Assembly (NCBI GenBank): GCA_037310415.1
Contig: CP147780.1
Location: forward strand, 2,464,001 to 2,528,000
DNA: 64,000 nucleotides
Reading direction: 5' to 3'
Source: Candidatus Atabeyarchaeum deiterrae
GTDB taxonomy: Archaea; Asgardarchaeota; Atabeyarchaeia; Atabeyarchaeales; Atabeyarchaeaceae
Under the pieces are notes generated by a model that did no database searches, had not been told where the DNA came from, and saw nothing but the letters and a program-made list of their open reading frames with translations. The translations under genes were made by a program, and so were the position numbers. This document shows positions 1 through 10,555 of this stretch, in pieces. Each line of letters opens with the position of its first letter. The first letter of the stretch is position 1.

Positions 1-1
1 T

Positions 2-391
2 AGAGCGGTCTTGGAAGGAGTTGCACTCAATATCCGCTGGGCATTCAGATGCATGGAGAAGAAAATAGGAGAGGCCGATTATGTCAACTTCAGCGGCGGT
101 GGCGCCAAAAGCAGAGTATGGTGCCAGATAGCAGCAGATGTTCTCAACCGAGAAGTGAGGCAAGTTGAGAATCCAGCTGCGGCGGGTGTAAGGGGAGCGG
201 CGATGATAGCTGCCGTGGGCTTGGGGGTCTACAAGAACTTTTCTGCAGCGGCAAGAAGACTGAGGATCTCCGGAGTCTTCGAGCCTAATGCGAGATACGC
301 CAGGCTGTATGACAGGCTCTTCCTCGAATTCCAGAAGCTCTATAAGAGTACTAAAGGTGTCTGCAAGGATCTCAATGCTAGAAGTACTTAA
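2..391 (+). CDS. FGGY-family carbohydrate kinase (xylulokinase-like), C-terminal part; 5' truncated by window
   Basis: Frame is open from position 2: RAVLEGVA...SGGGAKSRVWCQIAADVLN...GAAMIAAVGLG, the FGGY_C signature. Confidence 0.85.
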   Translation, partial: RAVLEGVALNIRWAFRCMEKKIGEADYVNFSGGGAKSRVWCQIAADVLNREVRQVENPAAAGVRGAAMIAAVGLGVYKNFSAAARRLRISGVFEPNARYARLYDRLFLEFQKLYKSTKGVCKDLNARST

Positions 392-524
392 TGGCGGAGA
401 ATTGCAGATTATCTGCTCGACCATATTCAGGAAGTTCAAGTCCACACTAAATCAGAAAAGTGATTGTCGGTAGGCTTATCTACCACGTTTCTGAATAGCT
501 GCACCTAGTGCATCATGTACTGCC

Positions 525-1238
525 GTGGATGATGAATTGACTTTGACTAGGGCTATCGTCTTCGACTTCGACGGAACACTGTTTCATTTCCTCATCGATT
601 ACATGGGTATGAGGAACGCCGTAAGGAGAGAAGTCATCGCGTCAGGTGTTCCCGCTTCAAAGTTCTACGAGGATGAGAGAATAAGAGACGTTGTGAACAA
701 GATGCTTGACTATTCAAAATCTGAAGGCTGGTCCGATTCCAAGGTTAGTTCGCTCATGAAGAAAGTGGACTCCATCATGGATGAATATGAATGGGCGTCT
801 GCTCAAGGCAATACCCCCTTGGATGGGGCAGAGGAGGTCTTGCGCAGATTGAGAGGAGAGAGATACAAAACTGGACTTCTTACAAACAACAGCAGGAGAA
901 GCATCGAGTTTCTGCTTGAGAAGTATAGTTTTTCGCTTTTTTTTGATGTGATTGTTACTCGCGATGAACTAGTAGACGTAAACAATTTGAAGCCTAGTCC
1001 AGTGGGACTCAGACGTATTCTTGGCGAGCTTGAGGTGGAGCCGAACGAGGCGATGTACGTCGGAGATAGCGTGGTGGATGTAAAGGCAGCGTTGAGCGTT
1101 GGCGTAACGCCCATCTTCGTGACCACAGGATATTCTACGGAGAAAGAAGTCAGGGAAGTCTATCCGGACGTCCTCATCATTAACGATCTGAGGCAACTTC
1201 TGACCTTCCTTAATCAGAAGGATACTTCGGCTACATAG
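525..1238 (+). CDS. HAD-superfamily hydrolase (phosphoglycolate phosphatase-like)
   Basis: Motif I DFDGT, motif II LTNN, KPSP, and motif IV YVGDSVVD. Confidence 0.9.
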   Translation: MDDELTLTRAIVFDFDGTLFHFLIDYMGMRNAVRREVIASGVPASKFYEDERIRDVVNKMLDYSKSEGWSDSKVSSLMKKVDSIMDEYEWASAQGNTPLDGAEEVLRRLRGERYKTGLLTNNSRRSIEFLLEKYSFSLFFDVIVTRDELVDVNNLKPSPVGLRRILGELEVEPNEAMYVGDSVVDVKAALSVGVTPIFVTTGYSTEKEVREVYPDVLIINDLRQLLTFLNQKDTSAT

Positions 1239-1277
1239 CGAAACTGTCAACCTAGAAGGATGGAGTAGAATGATGCT

Positions 1278-2138
1278 TCAACTAACCTGCATGAATCTCC
1301 AGAACTGCATGGGGGCGCGATTGAAGACAACTGAAGTATCATGCTGAAGAACGTACGAATGTTGAAAAGCGGTCGTCTTGATTTTGAAGTTTTCGGCGTA
1401 TGCCTTGCCCAACCTATACTTAATGGCGATAAGAGACATTCCCATGTAGAGGCCATCTTTCAGGATGTTAACATGTGTTTTTAGACCCGATCTCTTTTCA
1501 GTAAACTTCACTGGAACCTCAGTTACTTTGTATCCAAGTCGTCTAGCCAGTGAGATGACTTCAGTGTCCCATGCAAAACCTTTCTCCTGAACATATTGGA
1601 TTAGTATATTGGCAACATGGCGACTAATAACTTTCAGCCCGCACTGGTGGTCACGAATGTCATCTCCGAATAGAAAGCGCACGAGTCCGTTATAGAGTTT
1701 AGTTGCAACTCTGCGCACAATCGGTCGAGAGTCCGCGACACCACTTAGCACTCTCGAACCCAGAGCTATTCCGTCAGTCTCTCTAGCTGTCCTAATCAGG
1801 CTCGGAAGAGTATCCAGACCGCTGTCAATATCCGCATCGAGAGTCACTATCAGATCTCCACGTGAAATCCCGATTGCGTTCTTCAGGGCAGCTCCTTTCC
1901 CCAGCTTCATTACAGAGCAGGAACAACGAACATTAGGATTAGCTGATGCAATCCTGTTGACAATTTCTCTGGTGCTATCAGTGCTACCATCTTCAGCTAC
2001 GATTATTTCATAAGAATACGCGAAGGACTTGAGGCGCCCCTCGACCTTGTCTATACAACGTCTAGCGTTCTCTGATTCATTACGCATCGGTATTACTACC
2101 GAGAGTTCAACACGGCCAGATGTAGGGGCGACAACCAT
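1278..2138 (-). CDS. GT2 glycosyltransferase (dolichyl-phosphate glucose/mannose synthase-like)
   Basis: SVVIPMRNE, EDGSTD, GKGAA, DAD, DHQCGLK, FAWDTE. Start placed at ATG 2138 (ORF track 2189). Confidence 0.88.
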   Translation of the reverse strand: MVVAPTSGRVELSVVIPMRNESENARRCIDKVEGRLKSFAYSYEIIVAEDGSTDSTREIVNRIASANPNVRCSCSVMKLGKGAALKNAIGISRGDLIVTLDADIDSGLDTLPSLIRTARETDGIALGSRVLSGVADSRPIVRRVATKLYNGLVRFLFGDDIRDHQCGLKVISRHVANILIQYVQEKGFAWDTEVISLARRLGYKVTEVPVKFTEKRSGLKTHVNILKDGLYMGMSLIAIKYRLGKAYAENFKIKTTAFQHSYVLQHDTSVVFNRAPMQFWRFMQVS

Positions 2139-2456
2139 TTTTCCTACACCAACAAAACTAGATAGGCTCAGACAATAGACATGTGTCAATTAATGTGAGT
2201 GATCGCCTATATTATTATCGGCTAAAAAAGAAAACTCAAGACACTGACGAGATAGTAACAACGGCTGCCAAGACTAGCCTAACACGTTCTTTCCTTAAAC
2301 AATACTTTGAAAGACAAGAGGAAAACGAGGTTGCTCCTTGACATTATGCGAAATAAGATAACGCCGTGAATATGGTATTCTGCAGCAACCAAATGGAGGC
2401 TGAAAAAGGAATCTTCGATAAATAGGTTCAACTGAGTCAACTGGAGACAGAGCAAG

Positions 2457-2470
2457 TAATTATATATACG
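2457..2470 (+). promoter_or_regulatory. Possible archaeal TATA box upstream of the GT4/GT2 pair
   Basis: TAATTATATATAC about 45-55 bp upstream of the ORF at 2514. Confidence 0.35.
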
Positions 2471-2513
2471 GGGTTAAAGATGTGAGCCAGTGTTTTGACT
2501 AGACTCCAAGCGC

Positions 2514-3677
2514 TTGACCGTGATACTTCCGAAGCGAAATGATAGTTATTGGGAGAGAAGGAGATTGCGTGTACTATGGTTCAACTGGCGATCTTGGGTT
2601 CATCCATTAGCTGGAGGCGCCGAGGTACAAATCAGGGAAATCGCTAGGCGGTGGGTTAAGTGGGGTCATGATGTTACAGTTTTCTCCGGAGGATACAAGG
2701 GTGGAAGAGAACACGAAGTACTCGAAGGCGTTGAGACTATAAGAAAAGGCAGCCAATTCACAGTTTATATGTACGCAGCCTGGAACTATATGCGACACTT
2801 GAAAAAGAGTGACTATGATGTGATTGTTGACGACATCAATGGCATTCCCTTCTTTACTCCGCTCTACGTTAGAAGTCCCAAGATGGCAATAGTACATCAC
2901 TTGGTCAAAGACATTTTCTTTAGAGAACTATCTTGGGGGAAAGCGCTGATAGGCTACATGTCTGAAAAAATGATTCCATTTGTCTATCGCAAAACACCGA
3001 TTGCTGTAGACTCGGAGAGTACCAAGAGCGATCTTCTAGCCATCGGAATGCATGAAGGGAAGATACGCGTTATGCACAACGGAGTTGATCAAGAAGTCTA
3101 CAGGCCCAAGCCGAGCGCCAAGAGCCCTCACCCCAACGTGATCTGCCTGGGGAGAGTCATGAAATACAAGAACCTGGATCATTTGTTACTGTCATTCAAG
3201 AGCATATTGGATCAATCGAAAGGAAAGGATTTGAAGGGCATCAGACTGACGATAGCTGGAAAGGGTTCTTACAAAGAACTAGAGAAATTGGCTGAGAGAC
3301 TCAAGATTTCGTCTAACGTAGACTTACTGGGAGAAGTAACTGAAAAAAAGAAAGTGAAGCTGCTGCAAAACGCCTGGGTCTATGTGACGACATCAATGCG
3401 GGAAGGATGGGGTCTGACCGCAGTGGAAGCGATGGCTTGCGGAACGCCTGTTGTATGTTATGATGTCGAAGGACTAAGGAATGCCGTGAAGCATATGAAG
3501 ACTGGTATCCTTGTCCCCGCAGGAGACATCGACGCACTAAGCAAAGCAATAGTACGTTTGCTCAAGGACGACCAGCTCCGTGCAAAACTCGCCAAGAACG
3601 CATCAGAGTGGTCGACAAAACAGAGTTGGGACATAACTGCTCGGGAACTCATGGACATAGCAAGATGCGCTTGCTAG
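2514..3677 (+). CDS. GT4 glycosyltransferase
   Basis: NWR..HPLAGGAE N-terminus and EGWGLTAVEAMACGTPVV (EX7E). Confidence 0.92.
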   Translation: MTVILPKRNDSYWERRRLRVLWFNWRSWVHPLAGGAEVQIREIARRWVKWGHDVTVFSGGYKGGREHEVLEGVETIRKGSQFTVYMYAAWNYMRHLKKSDYDVIVDDINGIPFFTPLYVRSPKMAIVHHLVKDIFFRELSWGKALIGYMSEKMIPFVYRKTPIAVDSESTKSDLLAIGMHEGKIRVMHNGVDQEVYRPKPSAKSPHPNVICLGRVMKYKNLDHLLLSFKSILDQSKGKDLKGIRLTIAGKGSYKELEKLAERLKISSNVDLLGEVTEKKKVKLLQNAWVYVTTSMREGWGLTAVEAMACGTPVVCYDVEGLRNAVKHMKTGILVPAGDIDALSKAIVRLLKDDQLRAKLAKNASEWSTKQSWDITARELMDIARCAC

Positions 3678-3715
3678 ACGAAATGCTTTGCACTCTTCGT
3701 TGGAGTTGACTTGAG

Positions 3716-4756
3716 TTGAGCGACAAGAAAAGAGCCACGCCGACGGTGTCCATAATCATAGTCAATTTCAACGGTCTAAAACATCTGAACAAGTGTCTCT
3801 CTTCAGTCTTGAAAACTGAATATTCCAATTTTGAAATAGTACTCGTCGACAACGGTTCATCGGACGGGAGCGTAGACTACGTCAAGAAGAACTTTGCCGT
3901 CGAACGATTGAAGCTCATTGAGCTACCGCAAAATAGGGGTTTCGCTGAGGGTAACAATTCTGGAGTCAAGAAGGCCAGGGGAAAGTACATCGTGTTACTC
4001 AACAATGATACTGAGGTCGATTCGGAATGGCTAACCCCTCTCGTCAACACCATGGAGTCCGATGCTGGCATAGGCGCTGCGCAACCCAAAATACTTCTAA
4101 TGAATCGACGAAATAGATTTGATTCAGCTGGCAACTTCATAAACCTGATCGGCTCTTCGTACGCCCTGGGACTTCTGCAAGTTGACAAAGGACAGTTTGA
4201 TTCCACCAATGAGATCTTCTATGCAAAGGGCGCTGCAATGATAACGACAAAGACTCTTTGGGAAGAACTAGGTGGGTTGGATCCGATTCTGTTTCTTAGT
4301 TTCGAGGACACTGATTTCTGCTGGCGAATTTGGAGGCACGGCTACCGAGTGGTCTTCGTTCCTGCCTCGAGAATCTATCATGTAGGTTTTGCCTCAACTT
4401 CCAAGGTTCCCGAAATCAAGAGATTTCATGATACAAAGAATCGCCTCATGATTCTATTGAAGAATCTTGATGCAAAGCAGTTGGCTCTATACTCTCCCTT
4501 GATAATCTCTTCATTCATGGTGGAGTTTCTTCTATCTTGGCTCAGGCGCGATGGTGAAGCAAGGCCTATCCTCAAAGGAATGGGTTGGGTCGTTCTTCAT
4601 TTTAGGAAAGTCTGGTCTCGCCGAGTAATAGCTCGTTCACAATCAGAAATATCTAGCAACGACATAATGAAGAAGTTCCTAAAGGCGATGCCATTCCTCA
4701 AGAGAGTTGAAACGCGCACAATGTACAAAACCCTTAAACTTGGAGGAATAATCTGA
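3716..4756 (+). CDS. GT2 glycosyltransferase (rhamnosyltransferase-like)
   Basis: SIIIVNFNG, VDNGSSDGS, GFAEGNN, LLNND, EDTDFCWR. Confidence 0.92.
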   Translation: MSDKKRATPTVSIIIVNFNGLKHLNKCLSSVLKTEYSNFEIVLVDNGSSDGSVDYVKKNFAVERLKLIELPQNRGFAEGNNSGVKKARGKYIVLLNNDTEVDSEWLTPLVNTMESDAGIGAAQPKILLMNRRNRFDSAGNFINLIGSSYALGLLQVDKGQFDSTNEIFYAKGAAMITTKTLWEELGGLDPILFLSFEDTDFCWRIWRHGYRVVFVPASRIYHVGFASTSKVPEIKRFHDTKNRLMILLKNLDAKQLALYSPLIISSFMVEFLLSWLRRDGEARPILKGMGWVVLHFRKVWSRRVIARSQSEISSNDIMKKFLKAMPFLKRVETRTMYKTLKLGGII

Positions 4757-4786
4757 ATTAACAGAGCCATTCTCAGCAGGCTCTCA

Positions 4787-5932
4787 TTATCTCAGAGAGA
4801 GCTCTTTATAAACTTGGTAGCACTCCTTGGCACACTTGCTCCAAGTGAAATTCAAACTCCGCTTATAGCCCTTCTCAGAAATGCTGGCCCTGAGATCATT
4901 GTTCTTTGAAAGTTCGTACATCCAGTGGGCGAAACCCTCGACGTCGAAGGGATCCAACATTATCCCACTGTCACCAATTATCTCTGGAATAGAGGATCGA
5001 TTTCCCGCTAGAACTGGTAGACCTGAGGCCATTGCTTCAAGCGGCGGGAATCCAAACCCTTCGTGGTACGAGGGGAAGCACAGCATATCCGCTGCATTAT
5101 AGTAGTAAGCTACTTCCCACGCTGAGGGGTACTTATAGATCACCTTGCCGTCGAGTCCTAGCCCTCTAATCAGGCTGTCACTCTTCTCCGATCTCTGACC
5201 TATCCTCACTAGTATAGCGCCTGGAACATATTTCAATAGATTCTTAAAAGCATTAAGTAGGGTTACGATATTCTTTCTGGATTCTTCTGTGCCCACGTTT
5301 AGAACTGTCACCCTGTCAACTGGCAGATTGAGACCAAGTCGCGTTCTCCGTTTATCCCGACGTCTGAACAAGTTATGGTCGACACCAAGGTACACGACTC
5401 TGGTCTTCTTTGGTTCTACGTCCATCATCCGGATTACGTCCTTTCTTGTGCTCTCTGAGTCACATAGAACCCTGTCCGCGTGAACTATGTCTCTCGTGCT
5501 TAGTTTCAAGAAGAAGTCTATGAACGAGGATCTAATCCAAGGCATGAATGGAATTAGGTCATGAACTGTGACAACAGAAGGCTTGAACCGTCTTGCGATG
5601 GGACTTAGACTCGCATTAGTCAAGTGGTAAACCTGATAGCCTGCTGGAACTCTGTAGGACCCCAAAGTCTTCCATGATACGTTCATCACTTGCCCAATTC
5701 TGTGCAAGAGCGGGTGTCCACTCGCCTTGCTCAGCAACGAGTTGAGAGTGCCACTGTCTAGTGATAATACTTCCACATCTTGACCACCGATCTTTTTCGA
5801 CTCGGTAGCCAAAGAAAAAGCGTATCTTCCTATTCCAGAAGTAGAAGGCATATCCTCAATCAACAAAACACGCATCTGGATCACTCGGTCAACTGCAGTT
5901 CTGTTCAGGAGCAACCTCTGAGCACTACTCAT
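4787..5932 (-). CDS. GT4 glycosyltransferase (MtfB/WbkA mannosyltransferase-like)
   Basis: TVHDLIP, RKN, FPSYHEGFGFPPLEAMASG. ATGA overlap with the upstream epimerase; alternative start 5875. Confidence 0.92.
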   Translation of the reverse strand: MSSAQRLLLNRTAVDRVIQMRVLLIEDMPSTSGIGRYAFSLATESKKIGGQDVEVLSLDSGTLNSLLSKASGHPLLHRIGQVMNVSWKTLGSYRVPAGYQVYHLTNASLSPIARRFKPSVVTVHDLIPFMPWIRSSFIDFFLKLSTRDIVHADRVLCDSESTRKDVIRMMDVEPKKTRVVYLGVDHNLFRRRDKRRTRLGLNLPVDRVTVLNVGTEESRKNIVTLLNAFKNLLKYVPGAILVRIGQRSEKSDSLIRGLGLDGKVIYKYPSAWEVAYYYNAADMLCFPSYHEGFGFPPLEAMASGLPVLAGNRSSIPEIIGDSGIMLDPFDVEGFAHWMYELSKNNDLRASISEKGYKRSLNFTWSKCAKECYQVYKELSLR

Positions 5933-6912
5933 GTGGTTGGTCTTGCTTCCATGAATGATCTCCAGTAACTTATTGTTTTCTTTAGTCCTTCATCTAGACT
6001 GGTCTTCTGTCTCCAGCCTAATTCGTTTCTAGCCTTGTTCGGATCAAGTATGATGTATGGTTGATCAGAGATGGCTGGTCTAACGGGATATCCTGGTGGA
6101 TAAGCACCTAGGACAATCTTGCTGCCGTCGTAGCCAACCATTTTCGCGATTCTTTCCGTTATCTCTCTGTTCTTCATGCCCTCTCCTGTGCTTATGTTAT
6201 AGACTTCACCTTGCACTCCTTTCTCCATGGCTGCTAGATACCCACCAGTGTGGTCATCAACGTATATGTATTCACGGATTGAATCAGGAGCCCCAATATA
6301 GACTCTTTCCTTTTTCAACATGGTGGTAATCAAGTACTCGACCATGAAGTTGGTCTCAAACTTCCTTCCAAATGTGTTGACTGGACGCAAGATTACTGCA
6401 TTCAGTTCGTATGCTCTTGCAGCCATTCTCAGATACATATCTGCGGCTGCTTTTGACACCGAGTATGGTGAACTTGGGTTCAGTTGGTCCTCCTCTTTCA
6501 AAGGTCTTCCATGGGTATGTATTCCATATACCTCAGCGGTTGATGCGGCGATCATTTTTCTTTTCTTATAATCCGGCAAATCCGTTAATGCGTGAGCCAC
6601 GTTCATGGTTCCAAGGTAGTTGACTTTTTCATACTCGAAAGGCCTCTCAAAAGATAATCTAACCGGCGAAAGCGCGGCCAAGTGGCAAATGTAGTCTGGA
6701 TCCGCTGTCCTAAGAGCGTGAAGGATTGACATATGGTCTGTAATGTCTGCAGACAAGAGAACAATATCATTCGCAATCTCCTTAATGGGCAGAAGCATCC
6801 TACTTGCGACTGGTCTTTCTATACCGTACACGGAGTAGCCTTTTTCGATTAGCCTTTTTGCTAAATGACTTCCAATAAACCCAGTTATTCCTGTTACAAC
6901 TACGTTAACCAA
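5929..6912 (-). CDS. NAD-dependent sugar epimerase/dehydratase (NDP-hexose 4,6-dehydratase-like)
   Basis: VTGITGFIG, HLAA, STAEVYG, SPYSVSK. Likely TTG start at 6912, overlapping the nucleotidyltransferase end. Confidence 0.9.
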   Translation of the reverse strand: MVNVVVTGITGFIGSHLAKRLIEKGYSVYGIERPVASRMLLPIKEIANDIVLLSADITDHMSILHALRTADPDYICHLAALSPVRLSFERPFEYEKVNYLGTMNVAHALTDLPDYKKRKMIAASTAEVYGIHTHGRPLKEEDQLNPSSPYSVSKAAADMYLRMAARAYELNAVILRPVNTFGRKFETNFMVEYLITTMLKKERVYIGAPDSIREYIYVDDHTGGYLAAMEKGVQGEVYNISTGEGMKNREITERIAKMVGYDGSKIVLGAYPPGYPVRPAISDQPYIILDPNKARNELGWRQKTSLDEGLKKTISYWRSFMEARPTT

Positions 6913-7616
6913 GCCTTTTCGCCCACCTTGTTTTTCAATACGCATTCGGTGTTCTCCAAGTCTTTCAGAGTGTCTACAGTCATCCATTCTCCTTTTATCC
7001 TGCAAGCTCCAAGAAGCTTACGTTCAGCAAGTAATGGAAAGGCTGTTTTCTCGATTGCACCCGTTTCTGGCAGGTACTTCACAATTTCGCGATTGAATAT
7101 GTAGGCTCCAGTGCTTATGAAGAGAGTTGGTATGATTGGCTTTTCTTCGAATGATTCTATCAACCCATTTTTCCCGACTCTTATCACTCCGAATGGGCTC
7201 CTAGGGTTTGTTACTGCTATAGTGGCGACGAGTCTATTCTTCAGATGGTAATCTATCATCTCGCTCAAACGAAAATTCGTTATTTGATCACCATTCGTGG
7301 CAAAGAACACGTCGTCATTAACATGTCTGGTTATAGCAAGCCTGAAGCCTTCCCCAGTTTCTCCTTCAACACTATGAACGCTGTACTTTATCTTCACGCC
7401 GAACCTGCTTCCGTCTTCAAAGTAAGACTTAACAGCTTCTTTCTTGTATGCCACGCCTATCACGAAATTCGTGATGCCGTTAAACTTCAGCCATTCAATG
7501 ACCCATTCAAGCACAGGTTTGCCTGCGACTTGGAGCATTACCTTGGGTTTGTCATTCGTTAGCGGCCTTAGTCTGAGCCCTGCGCCGCCTGCCAGTATCA
7601 CTGCCGTATTGATCAT
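6900..7616 (-). CDS. Sugar-1-phosphate nucleotidyltransferase (NDP-sugar synthase)
   Basis: ILAGGAGLRLRPLT..KPK, NGD, FEEKP. Start at ATG 7616. Confidence 0.92.
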   Translation of the reverse strand: MINTAVILAGGAGLRLRPLTNDKPKVMLQVAGKPVLEWVIEWLKFNGITNFVIGVAYKKEAVKSYFEDGSRFGVKIKYSVHSVEGETGEGFRLAITRHVNDDVFFATNGDQITNFRLSEMIDYHLKNRLVATIAVTNPRSPFGVIRVGKNGLIESFEEKPIIPTLFISTGAYIFNREIVKYLPETGAIEKTAFPLLAERKLLGACRIKGEWMTVDTLKDLENTECVLKNKVGEKAWLT

Positions 7617-7735
7617 GATTCTGAACCTCGAATCGGATCTGAGGTTGCATACGTTGCTCTCTGCAATAGAGCAGTTTGATATGTGTTGTATTGCCACTTA
7701 TTAATATTACATGTGCTAGAAAAGACCAGCTAGAA

Positions 7736-8803
7736 TCATTGATTCGCATGCACTCGGTCAAATACCTCAGGGTAGAGTGATTGTAGCTTGCTGTACGAAA
7801 AGAGGAAGACGACATCGCCAACAACTGGAAACTCCCTATCACAGTGGGTACATTGAAGCGAAGATCCTTTCCAGACCAACTTCGATTCCAGCCCATCTTC
7901 AGTGCAGGAGGGGCAGATCAGTGCTTCATTTATCTTCAGGATTCCTTTGGTTAACTCGCCTGACTTGCGACAAAACGCAGAAACTTTACCTCCAAATAGC
8001 CCTCCTCCGAGATAGGCTAGGATGAATTTCACGTAGTTGGTAGGTCTGAGCAATTCATATTCCATTCCGAGGTTGGTTTTCAGTTTCACATTCTTGTTAT
8101 CAAAGAAACTCAATGCCCTTCTCCATTGAGTCACCGACAACTCATCGTTTTCCACAATGCCATGCTCAAGTTCGTTACAACTGCGTTTAGCGAAGAGCCG
8201 ATCAGCCATGCGCTTCATGATGCCTGCGCCCATTGACTCTTCTGAGTATAGTTTCCTACCCTCGTACAAGTTGAGGTGGAAGATCCTCGCGAAAGGTTCC
8301 TCGTCGAAGAAGAAATGTCCTCCAGGAGACAAGACTCTATGGATTTCTTTGACTATAGGAGTGGGATCGGGAAAGTGGTGAAGTGTTTCGTAGCAAAATG
8401 CAAAAGGAATTGATCCGGCCATGAAGGGCAAGTTGTAAGCGTCACAGCATATTCTCAAAGGCATCTTGCTTTTCTTGAACACGCTTCTGTAATGGTCACA
8501 GCTTTTCAAAGAGTAGAAAGATATGTCTACAGCCGCACCACTCGCACCGAGATCATTTTCCATGACAAGGGACCGCTGACATCTTTCTGCACCAAGCTCC
8601 AGATAGGGAGACACAGTTATTCCGTTTCTCTTTAGTAGTGAAACATGCTTGTAAGTCTCCTTCATCCTGTTGAGGAGCACCCCTTCGATGTTTTTTGAAT
8701 CAAGCTCGTCTCTGAAGATATGCTTGCCGTCGACTTGTTGTTCGGAAACTTTCTTTCTGAACTGAATTTCACCCTTCTTGGATTTGAGAGACTGTGTTCC
8801 CAA
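7736..8803 (-). CDS. Class I SAM methyltransferase with C-terminal Trm112-like zinc module
   Basis: LELGAE, CDAYNLPF, LHHFPDP, VLSPGG. C-terminus LICPSC...LQCTHCDREFPV. Confidence 0.75.
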   Translation of the reverse strand: MGTQSLKSKKGEIQFRKKVSEQQVDGKHIFRDELDSKNIEGVLLNRMKETYKHVSLLKRNGITVSPYLELGAERCQRSLVMENDLGASGAAVDISFYSLKSCDHYRSVFKKSKMPLRICCDAYNLPFMAGSIPFAFCYETLHHFPDPTPIVKEIHRVLSPGGHFFFDEEPFARIFHLNLYEGRKLYSEESMGAGIMKRMADRLFAKRSCNELEHGIVENDELSVTQWRRALSFFDNKNVKLKTNLGMEYELLRPTNYVKFILAYLGGGLFGGKVSAFCRKSGELTKGILKINEALICPSCTEDGLESKLVWKGSSLQCTHCDREFPVVGDVVFLFSYSKLQSLYPEVFDRVHANQ

Positions 8804-9098
8804 GTTAGACCAGCCTTCGAGGTTACCCGTTTCAGGTTTGCAGGCCGTTGTACCCGTAATCCTCGAATTAATATAGTTGTTTCGCCCACCAGCAACGACG
8901 ATTCCACTAGGGGCGACTGAGCTGGAGCGGTCAGTATTTTCCTAGTCGTTTCTGAATTGTTTGCTCGAGTAGAGGATCAAACCCGCCTTGAGCGCCTTTC
9001 TTTGGGCACAACTGGTGAACAGAGATAGACACCCTTTTATCTTGGGTCAAGAGTTCTAAAAAGAATGAGTCAAGATCGCTGGGCGACGAGCCAACTGG

Positions 9099-10535
9099 GT
9101 GTTCCAGATGCAGGTGAAGACGGCCTCCTCTGTTGGAAGGTTTTCTCAGAGCATTGCCTTCCTGCCACGTACTATCGTTAAACATCCGAACGCGTTCGTA
9201 GTTCTGTGCTTCAAGGCATTTTTATCAATGATTACACCGCTTAGCGGAGACTTCCTCGGTATCACTTTGTGGGCAGTGGGAGGCCAAAATTACTATAATG
9301 GTTCGTACATTGCATGGGTTGCCATGTCCAGATTGATTTACGTATTCTGGCTTGCTTTACCAATTGCACACCCATCAGTAACGGCCTTCCTTGGTATTTG
9401 GTTTTACAACCCTGTCCCAAGCATGGTTCTCCTACTCTTCCTGCTCAAGTTACCTATGCTGATAGCTGATGCAGTCATAGGCGTGCTGATTTACAAGATT
9501 ATTCTTTCTAGGCGCAATTCGCATGAAGAGGCCTACAGAGGCTTTAAGGCATGGTTCTATAATCCTCTTGTCGTTCTCCTCGGTGTGATGTTTGGTTCGA
9601 TAGACATCGTCGCAAGCATGCTGGTCCTTGCAAGCGTATATTGCTTCGCGAGAAATAGGATTCTTCCAAGCTTCCTACTTCTTTTTGTCAGCATAGTGCT
9701 ACGAACTTATCCAATCTTGCTCACACCTATTCTACTCATATTGTTGTGGCAACGAGAAGGGACAAGAAGAAAGCTCATGATCGGACTCATAGCAGTGACT
9801 GGGTTCGCAGTCATCCTGATCATGTTTTGGTTAAACATGGTAACAAATGGGCTATTCTTTCTCACCATTACGATCCTTCAGCATGATTATTTGTTCTTTC
9901 TTAGTTCTCTCATATACCCCGCGAGTGGGACAGGCGGTGAACCCATTGCTTTAACAGTAGTCTTACTCGTGCTCACAATGTTCTTAATTTACGACCGAGG
10001 TGCTGGGAAAGAGGCGCGGTCTGGTACTTTTGATAACCGTTTTCAGGTCTTAGATTATGTCTCTCTGTTCCTCCTTGTATTGTTGGGATTCTCATATTGG
10101 AATCCGCAGTTCTTGTTGTGGATTCTTCCCTTCGCAGCGATAGACCTTGGCCTGAGGAAATCATCCAAGTGGCTTTTCTCATTCTTTATCCTAACGGCAG
10201 CACTTGTAATAATCATCTCTTTTGGATTCTATTTGACATCCCTAGGCAACTCATTCTTCTTCATCCAGAATTCTAATCCTCTAATGGCGCAGTTGTCACA
10301 ATGGATCAATACTCTGAGCAACGATGTAAATCAGACTCTAATCTCTGTTGTGTTAAGGTTTCCTTTCATCGCCGTTTGCACGGTCTATCTTCTGAAGGGA
10401 AGCAAGCGGCTTATTTTTGCTGAGAAAGATGCAATCTCAGATCCCGTGCGTATCAGAGGCGGAAAACACGTGGAAAGGAGACCAGCACTTCAAAAGAGTG
10501 TCAAAGGATCAGTTCCCCGAAAAGTGAACCACTAG
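9099..10535 (+). CDS. Polytopic GT-C fold glycosyltransferase (GT87/PIG-M-like)
   Basis: About 10-12 hydrophobic helices; LKLPMLIAD, WFYNP, FGSIDI, WNPQFLLWILPF. Confidence 0.65.
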   Translation: MFQMQVKTASSVGRFSQSIAFLPRTIVKHPNAFVVLCFKAFLSMITPLSGDFLGITLWAVGGQNYYNGSYIAWVAMSRLIYVFWLALPIAHPSVTAFLGIWFYNPVPSMVLLLFLLKLPMLIADAVIGVLIYKIILSRRNSHEEAYRGFKAWFYNPLVVLLGVMFGSIDIVASMLVLASVYCFARNRILPSFLLLFVSIVLRTYPILLTPILLILLWQREGTRRKLMIGLIAVTGFAVILIMFWLNMVTNGLFFLTITILQHDYLFFLSSLIYPASGTGGEPIALTVVLLVLTMFLIYDRGAGKEARSGTFDNRFQVLDYVSLFLLVLLGFSYWNPQFLLWILPFAAIDLGLRKSSKWLFSFFILTAALVIIISFGFYLTSLGNSFFFIQNSNPLMAQLSQWINTLSNDVNQTLISVVLRFPFIAVCTVYLLKGSKRLIFAEKDAISDPVRIRGGKHVERRPALQKSVKGSVPRKVNH

Positions 10536-10555
10536 CAAGGCGGAGTAGAAAAAGC

